DNA from: Thermodesulfobacteriota bacterium
Lineage (GTDB): Bacteria; Desulfobacterota; Desulfobulbia; Desulfobulbales; SURF-16
Length of the DNA: 56,858 nt
Reading direction: 5' to 3'
Assembly (NCBI GenBank): GCA_040755455.1
Contig: JBFMAY010000009.1
Coordinates: forward strand, 1-56,858
The position numbers and the translations under genes are program-made. The notes beneath the pieces were generated by a model that saw nothing but the letters and a program-made list of their open reading frames with translations, ran no database searches and was not told the origin of the DNA. Of this stretch, positions 1-9,199 are shown one piece after another (position 1 is the first letter of the stretch; the number at the start of each line of letters is the position of its first letter).

Positions 1-157
1 ATCTGCACCACGAATTGTCAGTCCGTTTTTCGGAACTACGCATATAAAAATTACTTGCCAGTGGCTGCATCTGACAAAATGGGAACAAGGGGTTTGTAGC
101 CCCTTCAAACTGAGAGTTTCATATAAAATAGTGCAGGTTCCCTTTGGGGAGGCCGAT

Positions 158-195
158 AAAAAAAGGTTTCAGGAAATTTTCCTGAAACCTTTTTT
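158..195. terminator. Bidirectional intrinsic terminator downstream of the DUF2202 gene
   Basis: Inverted repeat AAAAAAGGTTTCAGGAAA-T-TTTCCTGAAACCTTTTTT with A and T tails, about 30 nt past the stop at 226. Confidence 0.8.
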
Positions 196-225
196 AAAAT
201 GAGATGATCTGTTGTGCGATTAAAT

Positions 226-1182
226 TTAATTTTGTACTTTTTTTATCTTCAGATTGAGGGCCTGAATAATCTTTTTATACTTGATATGAGTTTGCTTAAG
301 GTTCCTTAATGTTTTCAATCGTAGTGATTTTTTAAGTTGCTTGCTCTGCAGGTAGGCATTATCAAGATCCTCTCTTGTGTATCTCGCGACCGAGTCAACG
401 CTGTCACATAGTCCATCGCCGTCTGTATCTTCGAAAGTAAGCAAACCGTCATGCCCGTATGCAGGTTCTCCATCCTGATCATACATGCCGGTTTCAAGAT
501 TTGCGTTTAAGATTTCCTGAAGCTCTTCTGCTGGCAGGTATTGCGGAACATACGGGTCTTCAGCTGGTATATGTGAGATAAAAGCCCGCAGATGGTTTCG
601 TGCGCCTTTGCGTAAATTCTGGTAGACAGTCTGGATGTCAATGTTATCAGTCTGAACTAACAAGTCATTCAGGTCACTAATGGCAAGTTCCTCAATTTCC
701 GCGCCAGCCTTAAAGGCTTCGAGCGATGAGATATTCCCTTTTGTCATGAGAGAGTCATAAAGATTCTGAATGGTTGGGTCGCTAAATACACCAGCAGGAT
801 TTGTATCAACTGGATCAGGCAAGCTGTATTTATCGAGCAGGGCTTTGACCGCATCCATGTGATTCTGCTCGCTTGTGGCAATATTTTCAAAAATTTCATG
901 CCCCCACGTTTGATATAATACCTGATAAACGTCACGGGCGAGTTTTTCGCGTTCCCGCATTAAGGCAAGACTGTTCTGTTCTTCTATGGTTATTTCCTCA
1001 ATGGGGAGGTTTGTCACAATGGATGTCAATACTGATTCGCCGTCTATCCCTGTGCAACCAGCATTTACGCCCCAGAAACCAGTTCGCGCGTTTGCGTTCA
1101 AAGGGATGAGAAGCAGGCAAAATGAGAGGGTTATGGCAGAACGTTTTAGATATTTGATAGTGGTTTTCATTATGTTCCCCAT
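226..1182 (-). CDS. Exported DUF2202 (ferritin-like) domain protein
   Basis: Signal peptide ending ANA; motifs MREREKLARDVY, FENIATSEQNHMDAV, GAEIEELAISDL, NLRKGARNHLRAF typical of DUF2202; start may be at 1170. Confidence 0.85.
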   Translation of the reverse strand: MGNIMKTTIKYLKRSAITLSFCLLLIPLNANARTGFWGVNAGCTGIDGESVLTSIVTNLPIEEITIEEQNSLALMREREKLARDVYQVLYQTWGHEIFENIATSEQNHMDAVKALLDKYSLPDPVDTNPAGVFSDPTIQNLYDSLMTKGNISSLEAFKAGAEIEELAISDLNDLLVQTDNIDIQTVYQNLRKGARNHLRAFISHIPAEDPYVPQYLPAEELQEILNANLETGMYDQDGEPAYGHDGLLTFEDTDGDGLCDSVDSVARYTREDLDNAYLQSKQLKKSLRLKTLRNLKQTHIKYKKIIQALNLKIKKVQN

Positions 1183-1234
1183 ATGTTAATTTTTTTATTT
1201 TTTGTTAGCTCTGTGCAGGATGTCCGGTTAAATT

Positions 1235-1250
1235 AGCAAGGAGCATGCCG
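1235..1250 (-). promoter_or_regulatory. sigma54 (-24/-12) promoter for the DUF2202 gene
   Basis: Minus strand reads CGGCATGCTCCTTGCT (GG-N10-GC), about 55 nt upstream of the start. Confidence 0.65.
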
Positions 1251-1404
1251 AGAAAAAATAATCAGTAAAAACATGGGATACGGGGAAAACTTATGAATTG
1301 TTCGTGAAATTGCGGTTCAGGATGAAAAAATATTTATGTAAAATTGATTTTGACTAGTGCGGATTGTAATATTTTTTAAACTGTTAGCGATTGTTAAAAA
1401 ACAA

Positions 1405-1627
1405 CCTGATTAGCGCTAATCTTCCGCATTCAAAACGCCATTACCGGAACGTACCATTCTTTCGACTTTGAAAAATATGCTCACCGCTATCTCGGCGAGG
1501 TTCAATACCGCTTTAACCGGCGTTTTGATCTCCAGCAAATGTTCAAGAGTTTTGTATTCACTGCCGCCAGATCTTGCAAGGTCCCTGAGTACAAACTACG
1601 CCTTGCGGAAGATTAGTGCTAATCAGG
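1405..1627 (+). mobile_element. Non-autonomous miniature IS1595-family element (223 bp)
   Basis: 24-bp TIRs CCTGATTAGC(G/A)CTAATCTTCCGCA at 1405-1428 and 1604-1627 (1 mismatch); 8-bp TSD AAAAACAA at 1397-1404 and 1628-1635. Confidence 0.9.
1431..1616 (+). pseudogene. C-terminal fragment of an IS1595-family transposase
   Basis: Translates NAITGTYHSFDFEKYAHRYLGEVQYRFNRRFDL...LRLAED*, the GTYH...Y..E...RFNRR signature; no start codon. Confidence 0.85.
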
Positions 1628-1734
1628 AAAAACAATAATTAAATACAGATCAGGATGCGAATTTTTTTCGTCTCCCGCCACAATTTTTGAATTTTTAGCT
1701 TTTATGCAGCTAGATAAGGCGGTTTTCTAAACAA

Positions 1735-3281
1735 CTCAACTTTCGGAGTTGGTGTAACATTCTGATATCACGTTGTTAACATGTAATTTTTCTGTAAAGA
1801 TTTGATCATGCTCAGTGCAACACTCATTATTGCATCAACCATAGCCAGGACTGCAGTTTCTGCGAATTCACCTGATTGCCTTACCGCATCCAAGGCCAGC
1901 GCCAGAATCCTCTGGAGTGCATCGATCAAGGTCAGGTCCCTGATCTCGTTGCAGCAGGCATGGTACAAACTGCCAATGGAGCGTGGATCGTCATGAAATC
2001 GCTGCTCCAGGGCCAAAAACTTATATCGGCTGAACACCAGAGATGTGTGAGCCACGAGCCCCTCATAATCCCGCAACTGCACCTCTCTCTCCAGATTCAA
2101 GTGGTGCTTGGCCATCTTGAAGAACACTTCAATGTCCCATCGTTTGCCGTAAATCCTGATTATCTCCTCATCAGGCAGGACAATATCGGTGGAGAGGATT
2201 GCCAGCCAACCTCGCCCGTTGCGATTTCGCACAAAGACAATTTTAACCTTCGGTCCATTCTCCATCGGCACGATGACGCTGGCAATGATCTTCGCTTTGC
2301 CCGGACGTTTCTTCACCCGCCGGTAAAGGTCACCAAGACGGACAAGATGGTCTTGGTAACGGTAGAAATTGCTCGTGATATCTTTCACCATACAGATCAC
2401 CGGCACATGGGCGGAAAGCTCCGCAATCAGGCTTGCAAAACAAAACCAGCTGTCCATCAGGATGTAGTCTGCACTGATCCCAAGGGCCAAGACTCTCTTC
2501 ACCATGGTTTCAAGCAGGTCCGTGGTCTTGACCATTGCCTCCTGACGGCGCTTGTAGCCGCACGTCCGTTTGTCGAGCACTTTGATAATCTCTTGGATGC
2601 GATTAGCAGCGTTGGCCGAAGAACGCAAAACGAAGTCCAGCGGCAAGAATGTCGCGCCATCACTCCAGCCAAGAGTCAGCAGTTTGAAACCCTTGAGATA
2701 TTTGCGGCTGTTGTGGTCGAAAATTCTGGCCAGCAACTCAACAGTCTTGGAGCGCGACCTGTTGTAGTCGCTGTCATCAACCACAAGCACCCTCTCTCGC
2801 TCCTCGCTGGTCAACAGTTCGACTACTCTGACGACCTTAACCGCCAATCTCATGACAAACTGACGCCAGTTATAGCGGGGATTCTCCAAAAGATCATAGG
2901 CGACGTCTTTCTGGAACCCCAGTTCAGTATTGAGTACGATTCCCCGATAGAAACTCTGTCCTCGGAAAACGAGCAGGAAGGCCGCCTCAAAAACGACCAG
3001 AGGAGAAACTCCTTTGAGTTTCTTGATGCCGGACCGGTTCAGAAGGGTACCGACGGAAAAATTGTCAAAGAACTTTTTTATTGCGCCTTGCAGGCGTATT
3101 GCTTCTTGATCTATTTCGAATTGGTCTGTACTATGCATTTATGCTCTTCCTCCTTGATTTTATTGATTTTTTCGCAAAGCCAATATATCAAGAAGCGAAG
3201 AGCATTTCACTTTAAATATTAAATATTTTCGAGATGTTACCCTGTTTTTTATGCAGTCAGGTGGCATCTCCGAAAGTTGAG
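1735..3281 (-). mobile_element. Insertion sequence, IS4/IS701-like DDE family (~1.55 kb)
   Basis: TIRs CTCAACTTTCGGAG at 1735-1748 and 3268-3281; flanking direct repeat TAAACAA at 1728-1734 and 3282-3288. Confidence 0.9.
1768..3138 (-). CDS. DDE transposase (IS4/IS701-like)
   Basis: VLVVDDS, YILMDSWF and YGKRWDIEVFFK (YREK-like) motifs; intact 456-aa ORF between the TIRs. Confidence 0.92.
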   Translation of the reverse strand: MHSTDQFEIDQEAIRLQGAIKKFFDNFSVGTLLNRSGIKKLKGVSPLVVFEAAFLLVFRGQSFYRGIVLNTELGFQKDVAYDLLENPRYNWRQFVMRLAVKVVRVVELLTSEERERVLVVDDSDYNRSRSKTVELLARIFDHNSRKYLKGFKLLTLGWSDGATFLPLDFVLRSSANAANRIQEIIKVLDKRTCGYKRRQEAMVKTTDLLETMVKRVLALGISADYILMDSWFCFASLIAELSAHVPVICMVKDITSNFYRYQDHLVRLGDLYRRVKKRPGKAKIIASVIVPMENGPKVKIVFVRNRNGRGWLAILSTDIVLPDEEIIRIYGKRWDIEVFFKMAKHHLNLEREVQLRDYEGLVAHTSLVFSRYKFLALEQRFHDDPRSIGSLYHACCNEIRDLTLIDALQRILALALDAVRQSGEFAETAVLAMVDAIMSVALSMIKSLQKNYMLTT

Positions 3282-3334
3282 TAAACAATTTAAGACGGCG
3301 ATTATTATTGATTCATTTTCTGGTTAAAATTCTT

Positions 3335-3362
3335 TTGACTTTCTGCTCTTAGGAGCTATAAT
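3335..3362 (+). promoter_or_regulatory. sigma70 promoter for mgtE
   Basis: TTGACT-16 nt-TATAAT, implying a 5' leader of about 280 nt. Confidence 0.7.
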
Positions 3363-3477
3363 ACCTCCGTTTTTTGCGTGCTATGTATCCTGGGGTGTGG
3401 ACCGGCCGTTTGGCATCATCGTAAAGAGCCGGCCTTTCCCCTGGATGATTCTCTAAACTGTGTAAATAGGTTTCTAC

Positions 3478-3588
3478 ATGGACGACCCTAGCCCTGGTAG
3501 GCATAATTTCCTGGCAGCAAGACCAAAAGCTGACCGACTGCAGTGGTGGACTGCGAAAGGCGCTAGGGGTTCAATCATGATTCCCTAG
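3478..3588 (+). CDS. Candidate leader peptide (uORF, 36 aa) in the mgtE 5' UTR
   Basis: ATG after AATAGG; MDDPSPGRHNFLAARPKADRLQWWTAKGARGSIMIP*; overlaps alternative pairing segments. Confidence 0.45.
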   Translation: MDDPSPGRHNFLAARPKADRLQWWTAKGARGSIMIP

Positions 3589-3651
3589 TCTGCTCTTATC
3601 CTGGTCCCTTCCAGTCAGTCTCTTTTATTCTGTCCAGACTGGAGGTGAACA

Positions 3652-4998
3652 ATGACCACTCCTGAATATGCGCAAGAACTGCGCACCCTTCTTCTTAGCG
3701 GCGAAGGTGAAATCCGTCGCGATCTTTGCGCCGAGCTTCCTGAAGCAACACTTGCCGAGGTTCTGACAGGTCAATCTCCCCAGACTGTTTGGGAATTGCT
3801 TTCCCTGATGCGGCCATGGAAAAGGGCTGCGGTTTTCGGCTACTTCAATCTTGATTTCCAGGTATATCTCACAGAGAATATCAATAAAGACGAGCTGGCC
3901 GATTTGCTCACCGAGATGTCGGCTGACGAGCGGGTTGACCTGTTCAAGCGGTTACCTGAAGATGCCCAGGAATCTGTTTTTCCTCTTCTGGCCAAAGCCG
4001 AAAGGGAAGACATCCGTAAACTGAGCTCATATGAAGAAAGCATGGCCGGATCGGTCATGACCTCGGAATATGTCACGCTTACGCCTGATCTCACCGTCAC
4101 CCAAGCATTGGAAAAACTCCGCCGCCAATGGCCAGGCAAGGAAACCATCTATTACGCCTATGTTATCGGGGAAGGGCGACGGTTTCTCGGTTTTGTCTCC
4201 CTGCGCAAACTGATCCTGGCAAAACCATCAGCCTATGTGGGCGATATCATGAAAGCCGAGGCCATTTATATCCTCGCCACCGATCCCCGGGAAAAGGCGG
4301 CTGAGCTCATTGCCAAATATGACCTCATTGCCCTTCCTGTGGTCAACGGCGGCGGTGCCCTGGTCGGTATCATCACCCATGACGATGCCCTTGACGTTGT
4401 TACCGAAGAAGCCACGGAAGATATGCTGCGCATGGCCAGCACCGATTCGGAGGAATATGAAAATTCTTCCATTCTGCAGAGTATCCGCCTGCGCAGCCCA
4501 TGGCTGACCCTCAATCTTGGCACCGCCATGCTGTCCTCTTTTACAGTCAGTCTCTTTCAGGACACCATATCCCAGTATGTCATACTTGCCGCCCTTATGC
4601 CGATTATCGCCGGCCTCGGTGGAAACGCCGGAACCCAGACCCTGGCGGTAACCGTGCGCGGTATCGCCCTTGGCAAGGTGCCGCTTGGCCGCGGCCGCAA
4701 ACTTATTTTGAAAGAAGCAGGCGTCGGCCTGCTTAATGGTGCCATTATCGGCCTGCTTGTCGGCTCCATTGCCCTGTTCGGTTTTCATAAGCCGTGGCTG
4801 GGGTTGATCATGCTGCTGGCCATGGTCTGCAACCTCATTATCGCTGGTTTGATCGGCTCTGCCATTCCGCTGGCTCTCAAGTCGTTAAAACTTGACCCTG
4901 CCCTTGGTTCCAGTGTATTTATCACGGCAGCCACCGATATCAGCGGGTTTTTCGTTTTCTTGAGTCTTGCCACGCTGATGATGCCTCTCTTGCAGTAG
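3652..4998 (+). CDS. mgtE: Magnesium transporter MgtE
   Basis: N-domain, CBS pair (AGSVMTSEYV, YDLIALPVV), TM motifs GGNAGTQ, DPA and TAATDISG; RBS GGAGG. Confidence 0.95.
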   Translation: MTTPEYAQELRTLLLSGEGEIRRDLCAELPEATLAEVLTGQSPQTVWELLSLMRPWKRAAVFGYFNLDFQVYLTENINKDELADLLTEMSADERVDLFKRLPEDAQESVFPLLAKAEREDIRKLSSYEESMAGSVMTSEYVTLTPDLTVTQALEKLRRQWPGKETIYYAYVIGEGRRFLGFVSLRKLILAKPSAYVGDIMKAEAIYILATDPREKAAELIAKYDLIALPVVNGGGALVGIITHDDALDVVTEEATEDMLRMASTDSEEYENSSILQSIRLRSPWLTLNLGTAMLSSFTVSLFQDTISQYVILAALMPIIAGLGGNAGTQTLAVTVRGIALGKVPLGRGRKLILKEAGVGLLNGAIIGLLVGSIALFGFHKPWLGLIMLLAMVCNLIIAGLIGSAIPLALKSLKLDPALGSSVFITAATDISGFFVFLSLATLMMPLLQ

Positions 4999-5152
4999 GT
5001 GTTTGCTTTTTCCAGGGACAAAAGAGGCGTCTCCCAAAAATCAACCGCCGCAGTTGCCCTGAGGCATGTAAACTGTTATGAAAAAACGCTTTTCTTTTCC
5101 GGTAATCTGGTTGACGACGGTTTAACAGCATAATTACAAGGAATATTTTCTT

Positions 5153-5782
5153 ATGAAATCAATGCGAATCAGCTTTTTACACTTTTTTCTCCTGGCCTTT
5201 TTTCTTGTTTTTCTGTCCGGCAGCAAACAGATCGGCGCAAGTGAACAGGTTTTGACGATCACCATGCCCGCGGAAATTCTCCGGCAGATAATCAGCGACT
5301 CCCTGCCCATACCGGTTGAACCACAGAACAATTATATGGAAGGAAGCATTGTCGTTGATTCCCTGGAAAAACTTCAGATAAATGAAAAATCAATCTTTAT
5401 TCAGGGGGTTGTCCTGGGTCGCGATATCGCGATGAATACCAAAATCGCCGGCCAGACAGTCAAGATGGAGCTGGGGAGCGTTAAGCTACCGGTGACATGC
5501 GAGCTTTTTCTCCGTTTCGATAAACAGAAGAAGATTCTTTTTGTCACACCGGTTTTCCCCAAAGTGGAGAAAAAGGCAAGCTCCGATTCCGCTGACATTC
5601 TTCTGCCGTTACTGTCCTCCCTTGGCGGCAAAGAATACCCGGTTTCGTTTGATTCCATGGAGCCCTTTCTCTTCAAACTGGGCACGCGCAATATTCCGGT
5701 CAAACTGGTGGCTGATGATATTCAGACAATGAAGGGGACCATGGTGATTAAAATGATACCCAAGGTGTATAAATCCCTTTGA
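5153..5782 (+). CDS. Hypothetical exported protein
   Basis: 209 aa with an N-terminal hydrophobic signal or anchor; AAGGA RBS. Confidence 0.75.
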   Translation: MKSMRISFLHFFLLAFFLVFLSGSKQIGASEQVLTITMPAEILRQIISDSLPIPVEPQNNYMEGSIVVDSLEKLQINEKSIFIQGVVLGRDIAMNTKIAGQTVKMELGSVKLPVTCELFLRFDKQKKILFVTPVFPKVEKKASSDSADILLPLLSSLGGKEYPVSFDSMEPFLFKLGTRNIPVKLVADDIQTMKGTMVIKMIPKVYKSL

Positions 5783-5998
5783 TTTGTATTGGATGAGCAG
5801 GTCATGACCCAACCAGGGGCAAAAACGGCTCTCACCATCCTTGCCCCCGTCAATATCATCCCCTCGCATCGCGGCCGTACCGATCCGCCGCTTGTTCCTT
5901 GACAGGAGATGCGGGGGCTGTGTGTCCGATTGCGAGTTTCTGATGAGGCTCCGGCGTTGCGCTGCGCAGGTTGCCGGAGCGATGAACAAGGCTCTGTG

Positions 5999-6358
5999 TT
6001 ACAGGCTAATTACCGTGCTGTTGCAGGCCATTTCGATCATTTTCACCGCAGTCCCCATCTGGGCGCCTTTAATGAGATCAGCCTCGGAGATTTGTCTGGA
6101 TTTGGCACAGGGGGTACAGGCATATATCGGGACTTCATACTCCTGGAGATATGCCAGCAGATCGTCAGCAACGTCGCCGGTGGCGGCCTTGAGATGGTCG
6201 GCAACGCCCTTTTTGGCGATGTAAACGGCCTCATCAAGCAGGAAGACGGCCACGTTCTTGCCGTTTTCCTTCGCGACTTTGGCGAGGTGGATGGCTCGAG
6301 TGGAGCGGTTGGGGTTGTCTGTGCCACAGGACAAGATAATCAATACATTGTCATTCAT
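5999..6358 (-). CDS. DsrE/F family sulfur-relay protein
   Basis: VFLLDEAV and IYACTPCAKSR motifs; 119 aa; GAGG RBS. Confidence 0.88.
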   Translation of the reverse strand: MNDNVLIILSCGTDNPNRSTRAIHLAKVAKENGKNVAVFLLDEAVYIAKKGVADHLKAATGDVADDLLAYLQEYEVPIYACTPCAKSRQISEADLIKGAQMGTAVKMIEMACNSTVISL

Positions 6359-6773
6359 TTCGTTTCACCTCGGATTGGTTAAATTTTACCATATATGGAA
6401 CAATTGAACTGACGGAAATATGGGATACCGCAAAGGCCGGCACATATGGCTGCCCGGATGGTCTTTGTTCGGTGCCTATGCCGGATGCTGCGGAATTAAT
6501 TAAAACGATTTTCGTCGATATATATGTGAAAAAAATGAATAATTGTCAAACAGTTCTTTTCTCGGGAAAGTGATTTGCTGGAAAGATTGACAGACGGAAG
6601 GTGTTTGTCTATATTGGGGCAGAAGCGGGTTCCCATTTTTTTACTCCGCTGCAAGACAGTTATATTCACCGACCCCCTGCATTTGCTTGCCGGCCTGCAG
6701 TCCAAAGGGGCTGATCCGCTATGCGGCCAGGCATCTCGATCTTACTTATCCCCAATTATCTTCTAATCTTTTT

Positions 6774-8723
6774 ATGCAACAGTTATTACATCATCTTACA
6801 TCATTGGTGAGGGCCATGACCGCAAGCCGCTTTATCATGATCTGCACCGTTCTGCTCTGCCTGTTTGCGTTACCGTCCAGGTTGACCGCAGCCACCAAGG
6901 TTGAGCTGCCGCTAACCTTAAGTACCGCGCTTTTGCATAACTCGCTTGCCCGGTATCTGAATCCTGAGATCGACAAGCCCGCCGTTCTTTATCAGGAAGG
7001 GCCATACCGCTATCTGCATTCAGACCAGCCGCGGCTGTATATCCGCGGCGGCCAGCCGCACTTCTCAAGCCGCATTCTCGCTAACCTGGGCTTCAAGTTT
7101 CTCGGGATATGGCCTGTGGCCTTGAAGTGGAACGGTTCCATTGACATGACTCTTTCTCCGTATGTGGATGAGCAATGGCAGTTGCGTTATCATATTGTTG
7201 ATTCGATTATTTATGATAATGCCGGTGCCAAGCCGATGATATCAGGCTTCATCTGGAACCTTACCAAGCGTTTTCTCCACCCCCGTCTGGAAAATTTTTC
7301 TCTTGATCTCAGCATGCCCCAGCAGGAGATAGTTGCTTTTCTCAGAGCCTGTGCCTCGCCTGCGGAGATGGCCCAGGTTGATGCCATCCTGAAAACGATT
7401 ATCGCCGGTACCCTGCGCATAGATGTCAACGGCATCGTGGTGCCTTTGATGCTGACCGTCCCGAACGGTCAGCTAGGCGCCGAGATGCCCGTAGCTGCCG
7501 AGGCACCGCTTGACTCCGCCGAAATTGAGGGTTTTCAGAAAGTACTGGAGCCCTGGGATGCATTCCTGGTTTTTGTCATCAAGAGCGCCGGGGGCGATTT
7601 CGTCGATGCGAAAATGCGCGAGCAGCTCTTTGATCTGCTCATATCCAGTCGTTATCAGCTGCTGCCGATCCTGGCCGGCGAGGTGTCGCTGGAGGGCGGT
7701 GATCCGCTGCGGGCCCTGTTTGTCGATGCCTGGCATCAACTGCGATTGGTCATAGAAGAGGCCGAAGAGCGTGGCCTGATCCAGGAGCAGCCTCTCCGCT
7801 ACATGACCTTTGTCAATGCCGGGGATGCCCTGCTTGCCTTGGACGCTGCGGTGCCGCGACTTGGCATGCAGATCACCAGTGACGGCCTGCGGCGGTTGGC
7901 GCGGACGCTGCAACCGGCGGGCACGGGCGATCCGCTGTATTTTGACTGGGAAGTTGATCCCGCCCTGCGGGAATTGTTTTTGTTTGAGCCTGAACCAGCC
8001 CCTGAACCTGTACCTGAAACTGAACCTGTTCCTGAAGCTGTTCCTGACGCCGCCCCGGCAGAAGTTGTGCCGTCGCTCAGCCAGCGTCTCCTGGACTTTC
8101 TTGTTCCCCTTGTTTACGCCGAAGAGGCTGCGTCGAGCAGGTCTTTGAACCGTTGGGTTCCTCGCCCGGAGGAACTGGAGCAGTACCAGCAGCTGATCGG
8201 CCGATTGCTCCAGTCTATTGCCGATGAGGAGCTGCAACGCAGCAATCTCGATCCCCGCTATGCAGCGATTTTCCAGCATCTTGTGCCGTCCACTGCCCTG
8301 ATTGAAAGTTGCTGGCGCCAGTTCGTGAGCGAGGGCGATCAGGTGACGTTTCTGCGTTCCAGTGCTGGCAGCATCGGCCTGATGCAGATCAATCAGAATG
8401 TCTGGCGCGGCTTCTATAACATGGAGCGCCTGCGCTGGGAGGTTCCTTACAACATTCGGGCCGGTTCCCAGATTCTCATGCGCTATCTCAAGCAATACGG
8501 CATAGCTGTGGCGGACAAGAATGGCGACCCCGGTTACGCGCCACGGTCCACCTATTCGGTGTATAACGCCGGTCCCCGCGCTGCGCGGCGTTTCATGAAG
8601 AAAAACAGTACCTCCAGGGAAAAGCGGGTCGATGAAAGATTCTGGGAGATCTATCAAGGGATTGAATCCGGAGGAACAGTAGACCTCTCTAGCTGCGATA
8701 TCGATATCTTCCAGTCTCCGTAA
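6774..8723 (+). CDS. Large exported lytic transglycosylase (C-terminal SLT domain)
   Basis: ALIESCW (catalytic E), SSAGSIGLMQIN, YNIRAG, YNAGP motifs; signal peptide; start reassigned to ATG 6774 (6816 also possible). Confidence 0.85.
   Translation: MQQLLHHLTSLVRAMTASRFIMICTVLLCLFALPSRLTAATKVELPLTLSTALLHNSLARYLNPEIDKPAVLYQEGPYRYLHSDQPRLYIRGGQPHFSSRILANLGFKFLGIWPVALKWNGSIDMTLSPYVDEQWQLRYHIVDSIIYDNAGAKPMISGFIWNLTKRFLHPRLENFSLDLSMPQQEIVAFLRACASPAEMAQVDAILKTIIAGTLRIDVNGIVVPLMLTVPNGQLGAEMPVAAEAPLDSAEIEGFQKVLEPWDAFLVFVIKSAGGDFVDAKMREQLFDLLISSRYQLLPILAGEVSLEGGDPLRALFVDAWHQLRLVIEEAEERGLIQEQPLRYMTFVNAGDALLALDAAVPRLGMQITSDGLRRLARTLQPAGTGDPLYFDWEVDPALRELFLFEPEPAPEPVPETEPVPEAVPDAAPAEVVPSLSQRLLDFLVPLVYAEEAASSRSLNRWVPRPEELEQYQQLIGRLLQSIADEELQRSNLDPRYAAIFQHLVPSTALIESCWRQFVSEGDQVTFLRSSAGSIGLMQINQNVWRGFYNMERLRWEVPYNIRAGSQILMRYLKQYGIAVADKNGDPGYAPRSTYSVYNAGPRAARRFMKKNSTSREKRVDERFWEIYQGIESGGTVDLSSCDIDIFQSP
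7986..8048 (+). repeat. Pro-Glu low-complexity linker (CCTGAA repeats)
   Basis: EPEPAPEPVPETEPVPEAVPD. Confidence 0.8.
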
Positions 8724-8904
8724 GGTAAACCTGTTTTCAATGAGGCGGGGATTCTATCCGGGGGGCGCGCAGTTGTGCGGCCCATGCCCGGCTTGCGCTT
8801 CCCCGCCTTTCTTTTTTCTGCGCTTCGCAGTGATTCCCCCTTGCAATTCCCGCCAGTAGATCTGTGACAGGTGGAGTTGGTGATCCGAGTTTTGTTTTCC
8901 GGAA

Positions 8905-8930
8905 TGTCCGTTTTTCCGGAAAAGCGGACA
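8905..8930. promoter_or_regulatory. Palindrome, candidate enhancer-binding-protein site
   Basis: TGTCCGTTTTTCCGGAAAAGCGGACA, about 130 bp upstream of a sigma54 motif. Confidence 0.45.
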
Positions 8931-9055
8931 GAAATATCCACTAAAATGAATATGGATTCAGTAGCTGGTTAAAGCATACAAGAAATTGGAGTAATTTCTA
9001 CAAATAACTATTTGAAATTGTATAATATTTTTATATGTATCAAAAAATGTATCAA

Positions 9056-9071
9056 TGGCTTTTAAATTGCA
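9056..9071 (+). promoter_or_regulatory. sigma54 promoter for the PEP-CTERM gene
   Basis: TGGCTTTTAAATTGCA (TGGC-N7-TTGC). Confidence 0.6.
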
Positions 9072-9199
9072 TAGACATCAAAAAAAATCACAGCGTTTCG
9101 GGAGGGAATATTCGCTTTGCGTTGAGGATGAGCTGTGAACACGAAGGAGCTGAATCGCATGTTTGGGGGAATATGCCGATTTCACAAGGGAGGAATGAA

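Noticed and set aside
1876..3222. 448-aa + strand ORF
   Set aside because: Antisense shadow of the transposase; no motifs or RBS.
3369..3650. M-box or yybP-ykoY riboswitch before mgtE
   Set aside because: Only a GCAAGACC fragment matches and the hallmark conserved blocks were not found; reported as an unassigned leader instead.
7473..8657. 394-aa - strand ORF
   Set aside because: Antisense to the SLT gene; GC-rich codon artefact.
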